A stretch of DNA of 32,000 nt from Raphidiopsis brookii D9 (GCA_000175855.1 ACYB01000031.1:60001-92000); one strand, 5' to 3'. Counted from the first letter of the stretch, positions 10,048 through 19,105 are shown. The notes: a model not told the origin generated them from the sequence alone. Numbers and translations are program-made.

Positions 10048-11373
10048 TTAGAGAATCTTTCTCCCTGTTAAAATCCCCCGTACTTCCAACATAGCTGAAT
10101 AGGTAGGAAGAATGTGTAGGGTTTCATTCTGAGGAGTATTTTCCAGAGCAATCTTGATAGCTTGCTGCAAATCCTCCTCAACGATTAAACGGATCTTACT
10201 ATCCAAAGAACTTTGGCTATAACGCAACCTTAAAGCCATATCATAGAGACGATCTCCACTCACAATTAATGTTCCACCTCGTTCCACCAATTTTTCCGTA
10301 TCCACATCCCAAATCCAGGAAACATCAGTACCATCAGGGATCCGATCATTTAACACCAACAAAGTAGTTTTATCTTGACTTTGGGTGACTACCCTAATAG
10401 TTTCATTAGTTCCCACGGGATTTTTGGATAACAAAATCCGCACCTTTTTACCGCTGACCAATAAATCTTCAGCTCGACCAAAAGCAGCTTGGAAATTGTC
10501 AATACTGTTTCTAATGGTTGGTTCGTCAATACTTAATTCCTGAGCAGCAGTGACAGCAGCTAGGGTATTATATTTGTTGTATAATCCTATGAGAATCTGT
10601 GACCATTCACCACTTAATAGCAAAGGTTGACTTTTGTTAAATCCACAACTAGGACAGGTGAAATCTCCCAAGTGGGATAAATAAACCCCCTGATAATCCA
10701 AAGGATCTCCACAACGGGGACAGTAAATAGAATCTACTGCATGGGGAATGGAGTCTAAATAATTTTCCGGTTCACTTAAACCAAAAAATAACACTCTCTG
10801 ATGTAACTGCTGACCTAAATATGATAAAGTAGGGTCATCAGCGTTGGGAATAACTACAGTTTCCCTGGGTAAGGTGGAAATTGCCCTTGTCCATTTTTTG
10901 CTAATGGTATCAACCTCCCCATATCTGTCTAGTTGATCTCTAAACAAATTTAAACAAATAATCAGATTTGGTTGTAAAGGTTGTAATACCTTAGGAACAA
11001 TATTTTCATCAACCTCTAAAATTGCATAGTCAACATTTAAATAACCCATTAAGTTAGTGTTTTCTATTAAAGCAGTTGCTAAACCATTTTCCAGATTCGC
11101 ACCAGTGGAATTATGGGCAATTTTAAACCCTTTGTTTTCCAAAATAGTACACAACAACAAAGCAGTCGTGGTTTTGCCATTAGTTCCTGCAATTAAAATT
11201 ACACCTTTTTTTACCTGCTGACTCAAAAGCTGTAAAAGTTTAGGCTCGATGCGTCGTGCAATAGCACCTGGTAACACACTAGCAGCTCCAAAACCCAGGG
11301 AACGCACTAAAAAGGTGATAGTTTTGGCGATAGATACTGCCAAATATAGTTTAATTCTGTTTATAATTGGCAT
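10048..11373 (-). CDS. murT: Mur ligase family protein MurT-like (lipid II isoglutaminyl synthase subunit)
   Basis: Mur-ligase P-loop IAGTNGKTTT. Cys4 ribbon CPRCG...CPSCG, typical of MurT, and a DUF1727-like C-terminus. ATG 11373 is preferred over the TTG at 11406. Confidence 0.8.
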   Translation of the reverse strand: MPIINRIKLYLAVSIAKTITFLVRSLGFGAASVLPGAIARRIEPKLLQLLSQQVKKGVILIAGTNGKTTTALLLCTILENKGFKIAHNSTGANLENGLATALIENTNLMGYLNVDYAILEVDENIVPKVLQPLQPNLIICLNLFRDQLDRYGEVDTISKKWTRAISTLPRETVVIPNADDPTLSYLGQQLHQRVLFFGLSEPENYLDSIPHAVDSIYCPRCGDPLDYQGVYLSHLGDFTCPSCGFNKSQPLLLSGEWSQILIGLYNKYNTLAAVTAAQELSIDEPTIRNSIDNFQAAFGRAEDLLVSGKKVRILLSKNPVGTNETIRVVTQSQDKTTLLVLNDRIPDGTDVSWIWDVDTEKLVERGGTLIVSGDRLYDMALRLRYSQSSLDSKIRLIVEEDLQQAIKIALENTPQNETLHILPTYSAMLEVRGILTGRKIL

Positions 11374-11572
11374 AAACTTTGATTTCTTTTTCACGGGCGC
11401 TCCCAAGAAATTTCCTGATTGTTAAAAACAATCCCCCTAGTGTAGCTAATGTTTACCAAAACCGCTAGGGTGCCAAACCCCAAAAAATTCTTCACAAATA
11501 TCCCCCAGTTGTCACTATAGGTGTAACTGTTATATATAGACTATATGTAGACAAACGTGTTAAATAAGGTTT

Positions 11573-12182
11573 TTGTTAATGAATGAGATAGAGTTTCCTT
11601 TTTTACTAGCATCCCTAACTGGCAAATGGCAGAGATTTTGTTTACAGTTCCTATTATTCTTAGTTTGCCTGTTGATTATTGCCACAAGTATAAATATAGA
11701 TACTGCACTGGCAGGTAGTAAAGATGACAGATATGAGGGTAATATTTTTGTGGTTTTTGCGGGAAATGGTTCCCTAGTCCCCCCCAAACCAAACCCTGGA
11801 ACAGAGTTTAGCAGAACACAAACCCATTCTACTAACGTTTTATATTGATGACAGTAGGGATTGTAAACAGTATGCGGTATTTATTTCCCAGACTCAAGCG
11901 TTATATGGTAGAGAGGTGCGGATTATTCCAGTGAGTGTGGATGCTATTCCGCCCAAAAAAGTCTATAATCCCAATGAACCAGGATACTATTATTCTGGTA
12001 GCGTACCTCAAATAGTGATTTTTGATCAATCAGGTAAAGTTGTTCTCAATAAAAATGGGCAAGTACCCTTTGAAGAAATAGATGATAAGTTCCGACAAGT
12101 ATTTAATTTAGCCCCTAGGGATCAATCCATCAAGTACCAACAACGTTCATTTAACGAGTATAGCAGCGAGTTAAGTCCTTAA
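11573..12182 (+). pseudogene. thioredoxin-like protein resembling the cyanobacterial thylakoid photosystem I accumulation factor family, split by a +1 frameshift in a C7 run
   Basis: ORF 11573..11848 (TM anchor, DDRYEGNIFVVFAGNGSLVPP) changes frame at 11779-11785. The frame of ORF 11916..12182 is open back to 11778 and reads PPNQTLEQSLAEHKPILLTFYIDDSRDCKQYAVFISQTQALYGREVRIIPVSVDAI... Confidence 0.6.
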
Positions 12183-12207
12183 AATCACTGAATCCCACCA
12201 TTCCATG

Positions 12208-12245
12208 GGTGATCTCTAGAGGGATCACCCCAGTCTAATTTTTGG
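12208..12245 (+). terminator. hairpin plus T-run downstream of 11916..12182
   Basis: GGGTGATC (12208-12215) / GATCACCC (12224-12231) stem around TCTAGAGG. A TTTTT run follows at 12240-12244, 8 nt after the stem. Confidence 0.4.
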
Positions 12246-12334
12246 TTTGTTGTGATACCGCATTTTGTTAATCACTAAAACATAATAATTAAGTCATCCA
12301 CAAATAACAAATAACTAATACTCAATGATTACCA

Positions 12335-12943
12335 ATGAACAAAGTCTATTCAACCTGGGAACTGATTCAGATTTTAGCAGCAGAGCGCCAAGCTTGCTTA
12401 AAAGGGGAACGTTTAAAATTAGATGTGAAAGTTTCAGGTAATCCTATCATCGACCAGTTCATTCCCACGGAAGGATTACAAAAATTCACAGCTTACCAAG
12501 ATTTTAAATATTCCATTCATCAATATCAAAGAGAACATCAGGTTTCTGGTATTGTGTGGAAAGACTTAACCATCAATGCTCAAACTTTACATTATCCAGA
12601 GGTTCATGGACAGTTAGTAGCCTTAGATACTGATTTACAAATATTGAAAGGAGCAAAGAAGTCTATGCTGACATATTGGGAGCAAGTGACAGCCAATATG
12701 GATTTATATTTGAGTATGAGCAATGGTAGAGAACATGAAAGAATCCATAAGTTAGATGTGGAAAGAATTGCCCAAAGAACAGAATGGGTGAGTTTTTTAA
12801 AATGGGAAAATGGCAATTTTTTAGAGTTAATCTTACAGATGGGTTGGGGTAGACCAGAGGAAGCAGCTTATAAGCGAGGAAGACCTCATTCCGGTAGCGA
12901 GTTTATTCATGCAGTCAAACCTGGTAATTATCCCATTGGCTAG
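12335..12943 (+). CDS. hypothetical protein
   Basis: 202-aa ORF with normal composition. No family recognised from the sequence. Confidence 0.5.
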   Translation: MNKVYSTWELIQILAAERQACLKGERLKLDVKVSGNPIIDQFIPTEGLQKFTAYQDFKYSIHQYQREHQVSGIVWKDLTINAQTLHYPEVHGQLVALDTDLQILKGAKKSMLTYWEQVTANMDLYLSMSNGREHERIHKLDVERIAQRTEWVSFLKWENGNFLELILQMGWGRPEEAAYKRGRPHSGSEFIHAVKPGNYPIG

Positions 12944-13002
12944 AATTATAAGGCTTTATTTATTTGGCATTGCATAATAAAGTATGAGTTCAAGCAAGAG
13001 AG

Positions 13003-13694
13003 ATGAAATGTCCAAAGTGTGGATCAGAACACATACGCAAAAATGGTATTAAGAAAGGAAAACAAAATCACATTTGCGCTGAATGTGGACGACAGTTTAT
13101 AAATCCCAGTGAACAAACCAAAGCATTCCCAGAAACTACCAAACAAACTTGCCTGAAGATGTATCTCAATGGCATGGGATTCAGGGCTATAGAAAGAGTG
13201 ATGGGAGTACATCACACCACAGTCATTGATTGGGTTAAACAAAAAGGCAAGAAGTTACCTGATGCAATCGCCCCAGAGAATATCCCCGATGTTGGCGAAT
13301 TGGATGAACTGGAAACATTTGTCGGATCAAAAAAAACAAGATTTGGGTGTGGACAGCAGTAGACCATTTCCGTAAGGGCATCCTAGCTTGGACTTTAGGT
13401 GATCATAGTGCTGAGACTTTTGAGCCATTATGGACAATAGTGGTGGCATGGCAATGCCATTTCTACGTCACTGATGGATGGACTGTATATCCAAGTTTTA
13501 TCCCTGATGGTGATCAGATTATTAGCAAGACTTACATGACGCGAGTTGAGGGAGAAAACTCTCGGTTACGTCACTATCTGGCACGATTGCACCGTAAAAC
13601 CTTCTGCTATTCCAAGTCTTTAGATATGTTGCGTTACTCTGTGCGGTTGCTGATTCATTATCTTCATGACCCTTCTGTCCTGTTCTCTTCATGA
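13003..13694 (+). CDS. IS1-family transposase InsAB' (two overlapping frames joined by -1 frameshift)
   Basis: InsA-like zinc finger and HTH (CPKCGSEHIRKNG...CAECGRQF). InsB-like DDE part (IWVWTAVDH...YVTDGWTVYPSFIP...TRVEGENSRLRHYLARLHRKTFCYSKS). The frames overlap at the A8C run. Confidence 0.85.
13329..13337 (+). other. slippery A8C -1 ribosomal frameshift site of the IS1 transposase
   Basis: AAAAAAAAC at 13329-13337. Frame 0 reads GSKKTRFGCGQQ*, and the -1 frame reads KKNKIWVWTAVDH. This matches the classic IS1 A6C arrangement. Confidence 0.7.
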
Positions 13695-13702
13695 TTCATA
13701 CT

Positions 13703-16700
13703 TTATCCTGCAACGCCTCCATTAGAATCAGTAAATACATCTCTAACCATTTCTTCCAAAGTATTTACGTTAGTGTTAGCAGCGCGAGTGAAACGATTGA
13801 GTTTTACTACGTCAGAAGATGAATATGATGGAGATGAATGTATCCTAAACATATCCTCACCGATGGTAAAGTCGTAAATATAATCGGGTTTGGTTACGAG
13901 GGAATCAGCAGAGATTATGGTTTTATTTCCCAACACCTCTATTGCCATTCCAAAACGAAATACAAAAATATCTTTTCCTGGACCTCCATACAAGTAATCT
14001 ATACCTTGAAATCCTGTCAATATATTATCACGTTCATTTCCAAATAAATAGTCTTCACTTCCAAACCCAGTTGTGTTAGTACCATTAATCTCTAATGCGT
14101 CACGATCTTCCTGCACAATAATGTGACCTTCCCCTTGTACTTCGGTGTCATAAAGATCGCTTATATCAAACATGTCCTTAAATAAGTTTTTACTATTTTG
14201 GACTGGAACATGTCTGGTACCGTTAATTAGTGATCGATATATATCCTTTACGTATGAATGATCTCCAATACTTTCTCCCTTCTGATTATTTACATACACA
14301 TCGAGATGCCCATAGCGTTTCGGATCTCCGAACCCTTCAGGATCAGTATGAATTCCAACTACTCTCTTCGCATCCGATGAATCTAAACGATCAATAGGAC
14401 CGGTTTTTTCATACTTTACCCCTGCTGCATCTAATCCAATTATTAGTCCTAATTTTTCTCCGGTCTTATTATAGTATGTTGACCCAGCTATACCAGCAAC
14501 ATGAGAACCCAGACTATGACCTATTAATTCTATTTTTTTAGGATCTATTTGTAGGGATATTAGGAAATCACTAAGTTCATCACCTATAGGAATGGTACTT
14601 ATTTTAGCCTCTTCATAAACTCCCTCTTCATAAACTTGAAAAGAATAAGAGGCATCTTCTGACCAGTCAACAAGGATAACGTTTGTGTCTGGATGCAATT
14701 TTCGATATTCAATTGGTATGTTTTCAAAAGAATTCAGTTGGTTTGAAGAGATAGGTTCGTAACCATGAATAAATAAGACGGTTTTGGAATTTTTATTTAA
14801 ATAATTACCGATATTAGAGGAATTTAGCTCCTTAAACATATCTCCTGAATAAAGGTAGAACCGAGTATCACTAACCATTCCTTTTACAGGATCTTCCGTC
14901 TGAATTGTATATTGATTTTGATCCCGTCTTGGTTTTTCCAATTGTAGACTTATATCCTCAATCCGCTCGTTTTCTTTATCAAGATGGGGAGTAATTTCAA
15001 AAAAAGCGGTTTTTTGACCTTCCTTAAACTCAATTTGCCCTTCATTATATTTTCCTGGTCCCCCTCTAGTTGTCCTGTTCCTTAAAACAGTATTAGTACT
15101 AGTTTTATAGGAAAAATCATTCGGGTCCAGCTCCCTGCCCAGCGTGCCGCCAATTTTAAAATATACTGTCAACGAATCTGAATTTGAACCAATACGAGTA
15201 AATTCATATTTCAGAGACGTACCTCCCGATTCCCTAACAATGTTTGGTGAAGATAGTTTTAGACTAACTAATGGTGGCTCATCATCAGTAATAGTTCCCA
15301 TAACAGCAGATGGGGTGCCAATAGTGTAACCACTACCCGCTGCTAGGGTTAAAATTACAGTCTCATTCTCTTCAACGGTGGTATCAGCAGTGGGGTCAAT
15401 AGTCAGGGTGGCCTTATTGCTGTTTGCTGCAAAGGTTATGGTTCCGGTTGTGCCTGTGAAGGTTGCCGCACCTTTTTGGGTATAATCATTAAATTGGGTA
15501 TTATTATCGTTGTAATATGCTGTACCTCCAATACTATAGTTGACGGTAAGGGCGTTAGCTATATTTACATTAGTTCTGGTGAAGGTGTAAACTAAGTTTG
15601 TTGTACGATCTTCTTGTACATTACTTGGTGTTGGTGATACTTCTAGGGTAATGTTAGGTTCTAAGACATCAGTAACAGTAATAAGAAATTGTTTTTCATA
15701 GGATAGTCCACTCTTGTCAGTGGTTTTGACTCGAATGTTATAACTGTTCTTGGTTTCAAAGTCAAACTGAGCCTCAGTTTTTAACTGATTGCCAGAAATG
15801 CTAAATAAATTATGGTTATCGCTATTTTGTACTGGTACTAGACTATAAGTAAAAGTGTTACCTGTATCTGGGTCTACAGTGTCGAAATCACCTACTGGTG
15901 TACCAATGTTTTGATTTTCAAGAACACTCGTCTTACTAAGATTGATCCCAGTGGGTGCCTCATTAACATCAGTAACATTAATGGTAAATTGTTTTTCATA
16001 GAATAGTCCACCTTGGTCAGTGGTTCTGACTCGAATGTTATAACTGTTCTTGGTTTCAAAGTCAAACTGAGCCTTAGTTTTGGTTTTGAGTTCATTACTG
16101 CTAATGGTAAATGAATTATTGTCATTGCTATCTGTTCCTGACACCAGACTATAAGTGAAGGTGTTATCTATATCTGGGTCTTTAGTACCGAAATAACCTA
16201 CTGATGTAACTGAGTTAACATTTTCCTCGACTACGTTTTTGGTAAGATTTAAGTCCGTAGGAGCTTTGTTAGTTGTGAATCTCCATGTTGTTGTTGAGTT
16301 GGGAAAACCAGCATAGTTGTTACCAGCTATGTCCCGAATGGCGGTGTTAGCAATTTGTACATAATAGTTTGTTCCTGATGCTAAATCATTCGTGGGATTA
16401 ATGGTTAGTTGAGTACCACTAATGGTGACATTGCTATTAGTCACTGCAATGGTTTCTACTGTGGAATTATCTGATACCTTTTTGATAAAAATGTTGCCTG
16501 TACCTTTTTGAATGGCCTCATTAAAGTTCATCACTAAATTGGCATTTACAGCCACACCTGTAGCATTATCTGTGGGGGTTAAACTGGTAGCTAGTGGAGG
16601 TGTTGTGTCTTGTATATCATCATTGGTAATAGTTCCCGTAACAGCAGAGGTTGTTCCCACAGTGTAACCTGTTCCAGACGCTAGGGTAAGGCTTACAGTT

Positions 16701-17752
16701 TCGTTGTTTTCCACTGTGGTATCAGCAGCGGGGTCCACAGTCACAGTAGCTGTAGAGGAGTTGGCGGCAAAGGTGACAGTTTTTGTAGTTCCTGCAGTCG
16801 AAATCCCAGTGTAATCTGTACCAATAGTAGCACTACCTCCAACTGTATAGTTCACCGTCAGGGCATTACTAATCACTCCAGTGCGTGTAAAGGTATAGAC
16901 TAGATTAGAACTGCCATCTTCCATAACACTGCTAGGGGAAACGGCAAGAGTGACTTGGGTATCGTCATTGGTAATAGTTCCCGTAACAGCAGATGCGGTG
17001 CCAATAGTGTAACCTGTTCCAGACGCTAGGGTAAGGCTTACAGTTTCGTTGTTTTCCACTGTGGTATCAGCAGTGGGGTCCACAGTCACAGTAGCTGTAG
17101 AGGAGTTGGCGGCAAAGGTGACAGTTTTTGTAGTTCCTGCAGTCGAAATCCCAGTGTAATCTGTACCAATAGTAGCACTACCTCCAACTGTATAGTTCAC
17201 CGTCAGGGCATTACTAATCACTCCAGTGCGTGTAAAGGTATAGACTAGATTAGAACTGCCATCTTCCATAACACTGCTAGGGGAAACGGCTAAGGTAATG
17301 ATCGGAAAATCATCATTGGTAATAGTTCCCGTAACAGCAGAGGTTGTTCCCACAGTGTAACCTGTTCCAGAAGCTAGGGTAAGGCTTACAGTTTCGTTGT
17401 TTTCCACTGTGGTATCAGCAGTAGGATCTACGGTTACCGTAGCTGTAGAAGAGTTGGCGGCAAAGGTGACAGTTTTTGTAGTTCCTGCAGTCGAAATCCC
17501 AGTGTAATCTGTACCAATAGTAGCATTACCTCCAACCGTATAGTTAACTGTCAGCGCATTACTAGTCAATCCACTGCGTGTGAAGGTGTAGATTAGGTTA
17601 CTTGTGCCATCTTCCATAACACTGCTAGGGGAAACGGCTAGAGTGACTTGGGTATCGTCATTGGTAATAGTTCCCGTAACAGCAGATGCGGTGCCAATAG
17701 TGTAACCTGTTCCAGACTCTATGGTAAGGCTTACGGTGTCGTTGTTTTCCAC
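13703..17752 (-). CDS. distal part of giant Ca-binding exoprotein: Calx-beta x3.3, SbsA/Big_5-like Ig, cadherin-like x2, Calx-beta x2, pancreatic-lipase-type hydrolase, RTX repeats; C-terminus truncated by IS1
   Basis: Domains mapped from the translation: Calx-beta units at aa 1-381 (16610-17752); Ig-like at aa 382-499; cadherin-like at aa 500-700 (15653-16255); divergent Calx-beta at aa 701-963; lipase at aa 964 to about 1230 (GHSLG Ser at 14513-14515); RTX nonapeptides at aa 1234-1265 (13958-14053). The track start is an internal GTG inside a repeat. The last 4 codons and the stop are IS1 sequence. Confidence 0.8.
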   Translation of the reverse strand: MENNDTVSLTIESGTGYTIGTASAVTGTITNDDTQVTLAVSPSSVMEDGTSNLIYTFTRSGLTSNALTVNYTVGGNATIGTDYTGISTAGTTKTVTFAANSSTATVTVDPTADTTVENNETVSLTLASGTGYTVGTTSAVTGTITNDDFPIITLAVSPSSVMEDGSSNLVYTFTRTGVISNALTVNYTVGGSATIGTDYTGISTAGTTKTVTFAANSSTATVTVDPTADTTVENNETVSLTLASGTGYTIGTASAVTGTITNDDTQVTLAVSPSSVMEDGSSNLVYTFTRTGVISNALTVNYTVGGSATIGTDYTGISTAGTTKTVTFAANSSTATVTVDPAADTTVENNETVSLTLASGTGYTVGTTSAVTGTITNDDIQDTTPPLATSLTPTDNATGVAVNANLVMNFNEAIQKGTGNIFIKKVSDNSTVETIAVTNSNVTISGTQLTINPTNDLASGTNYYVQIANTAIRDIAGNNYAGFPNSTTTWRFTTNKAPTDLNLTKNVVEENVNSVTSVGYFGTKDPDIDNTFTYSLVSGTDSNDNNSFTISSNELKTKTKAQFDFETKNSYNIRVRTTDQGGLFYEKQFTINVTDVNEAPTGINLSKTSVLENQNIGTPVGDFDTVDPDTGNTFTYSLVPVQNSDNHNLFSISGNQLKTEAQFDFETKNSYNIRVKTTDKSGLSYEKQFLITVTDVLEPNITLEVSPTPSNVQEDRTTNLVYTFTRTNVNIANALTVNYSIGGTAYYNDNNTQFNDYTQKGAATFTGTTGTITFAANSNKATLTIDPTADTTVEENETVILTLAAGSGYTIGTPSAVMGTITDDEPPLVSLKLSSPNIVRESGGTSLKYEFTRIGSNSDSLTVYFKIGGTLGRELDPNDFSYKTSTNTVLRNRTTRGGPGKYNEGQIEFKEGQKTAFFEITPHLDKENERIEDISLQLEKPRRDQNQYTIQTEDPVKGMVSDTRFYLYSGDMFKELNSSNIGNYLNKNSKTVLFIHGYEPISSNQLNSFENIPIEYRKLHPDTNVILVDWSEDASYSFQVYEEGVYEEAKISTIPIGDELSDFLISLQIDPKKIELIGHSLGSHVAGIAGSTYYNKTGEKLGLIIGLDAAGVKYEKTGPIDRLDSSDAKRVVGIHTDPEGFGDPKRYGHLDVYVNNQKGESIGDHSYVKDIYRSLINGTRHVPVQNSKNLFKDMFDISDLYDTEVQGEGHIIVQEDRDALEINGTNTTGFGSEDYLFGNERDNILTGFQGIDYLYGGPGKDIFVFRFGMAIEVLGNKTIISADSLVTKPDYIYDFTIGEDMFRIHSSPSYSSSDVVKLNRFTRAANTNVNTLEEMVRDVFTDSNGGVAG
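15653..16255 (-). repeat. two tandem ~300-bp coding repeats (cadherin-like domains)
   Basis: Long shared strings occur in both units, e.g. GACTCGAATGTTATAACTGTTCTTGGTTTCAAAGTCAAACTGAGCC. The protein units share QFDFETKNSYNIRV(R/K)TTD...YEKQF.I.VTDV. Confidence 0.8.
16610..17752 (-). repeat. tandem 345/348-bp coding repeats (Calx-beta units)
   Basis: The marker CCATAACACTGCTAGGGGAAACGGC recurs at 16921, 17266 and 17614. More than 200 nt are identical between the units ending at 16945 and 17290. Confidence 0.9.
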
Positions 17753-18277
17753 TGTGGTATCAGCAGTGAGGATCCACGGTTACAGTCTTCTGTAGAGGAG
17801 TTGGCGGGAAGGGTGACAGTTTTTGTAGTCTCCTGCAGTCGAAATTGCATGGTTACCCGTGCATAAATGAAACTACCCTCCAACTGAGTTCCTTCACCGT
17901 CAGGGGCTGTTTAATCCCTCCCCAGGCGTGTCAGGGTGTGACTAAAATAACAATGGTCATCTTTGCTACAATGGCTAGGGAAACGACAAAGAGTTGTGAT
18001 CGGCAAATGCTTGTGGAATGGCTACCCGTAGCCGTACCGTTGCTAAATGAAGCCTGTTCCTGACCTAGACCCATCGCTCTTCTTGCTGCAATCTATCGTG
18101 ATTTCAGAAAAGTTGGCTCACATCACCAGACATGTGAATGACTACACTTGCATAACTGTAAATACCGTAGTTCCAAGTTGCTATACTGCTGTTCCCTCCA
18201 TCCCAGTCAGACCCCAGGTAACCACAGACCCATCGCTCTTCAATGCTGCAAAGGCATGCACATTAGAGAAATCTGGG
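17753..18277 (-). pseudogene. frame-broken linker made of degenerate RCC1-like and Calx-beta repeat copies
   Basis: 18060-18277 aligns to the 126-bp blade unit with single-base losses. 17753-18010 aligns to the 345-bp Calx unit at roughly 70% identity with many indels. All minus frames contain stops. Confidence 0.6.
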
Positions 18278-19105
18278 TCACACCGCTGCTAATTGACTAG
18301 CTACACTACTGCTGTCCCCTCCACTTGATGAATCCCCCCAGGTAACCACAGACCCATTGCTCTTCAACGCTGCAAAGGCACTGTTGTTAGAGAAAATTTG
18401 GGTCACACCAGCAGTCAATTGACTGGCTACACTACTGCTGTCCCCTCCACCTGATGAATCCCCCCAGGTAACCACAGACCCATTGCTCTTCAACGCTGCA
18501 AAGGCACTGTTGTTAGAGAAAATTTGGGTCACACCAGCAGTCAATTGACTGGCTACACTACTGCTGTTCCCTCCAGCCCAGTCAGACCCCCAGGTAACCA
18601 CAGACCCATCGCTCTTCAATGCTGCAAAGGCATGCACATTAGAGAAAATCTGGGTCACACCGCTGCTTAATTGACTAGCTACACTACTGCTGTTCCCTCC
18701 AGCCCAGTCAAACCCCCAGGTAACCACAGACCCATTGCTCTTCAACGCTGCAAAGGCAATGTTGTTAGAGAAAATTTGGGTCACACCAGCAGTCAATTGA
18801 CTGGCTACACTTGCATAACTGTAACTACCTGTGTTGGAGTTCCAAGTTGCTATACTGCTGTCCCCTCCAACCGAGTCAAACCCCCAGGTAACCACAGACC
18901 CATCGCTCTTCAACGCTGCAAAGGCATGCACATTAGAGAAAATCTGGGTCACACCGCTGCTTAATTGACTGGCTACACTTGCATAACTGTAACTACTCCT
19001 TTCTACTATAATGTGGCTCCCTCCATACCCGTTATCACCCCAGGTGACAACGGACCCATCGCTCTTCAACGCTGCAAAGGCACCTGCATTAAGCACTTCA
19101 TACCG
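18278..19105 (-). repeat. tandem 126-bp (some 147-168-bp) coding repeats (RCC1-like blades)
   Basis: The CCAGGTAACCACAGACCCA marker occurs at 18338, 18464, 18590 and 18716, exactly 126 nt apart, and again at 18884. Units 18338-18463 and 18464-18589 differ by about 1 nt. Confidence 0.85.

Larger units (their letters stand above)
12966..13717 (+). mobile_element. IS1-family insertion sequence (752 bp)
   Basis: 22-bp terminal inverted repeats with 19/22 matches: GGCATTGCATAATAAAGTATGA (12966-12987) versus the reverse complement of 13696-13717, GGCGTTGCAGGATAAAGTATGA. They enclose insA/insB'-like ORFs. The size is close to the 768 bp of IS1. Confidence 0.85.

Noticed and set aside
17648-18292. 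Three consecutive + strand ORFs (17648..17866, 17845..18063, 18047..18292)
   Set aside because: They are antisense readings of the degenerate Calx-beta/RCC1-like repeat DNA. Their composition and lack of family resemblance indicate shadow ORFs.
16610-19105. Tandem repeats considered as a possible CRISPR or satellite array
   Set aside because: Units are 345/348 bp and 126 bp, contiguous without spacers, multiples of three, and translate into Calx-beta and RCC1-like protein repeats. These are coding repeats, not CRISPR.
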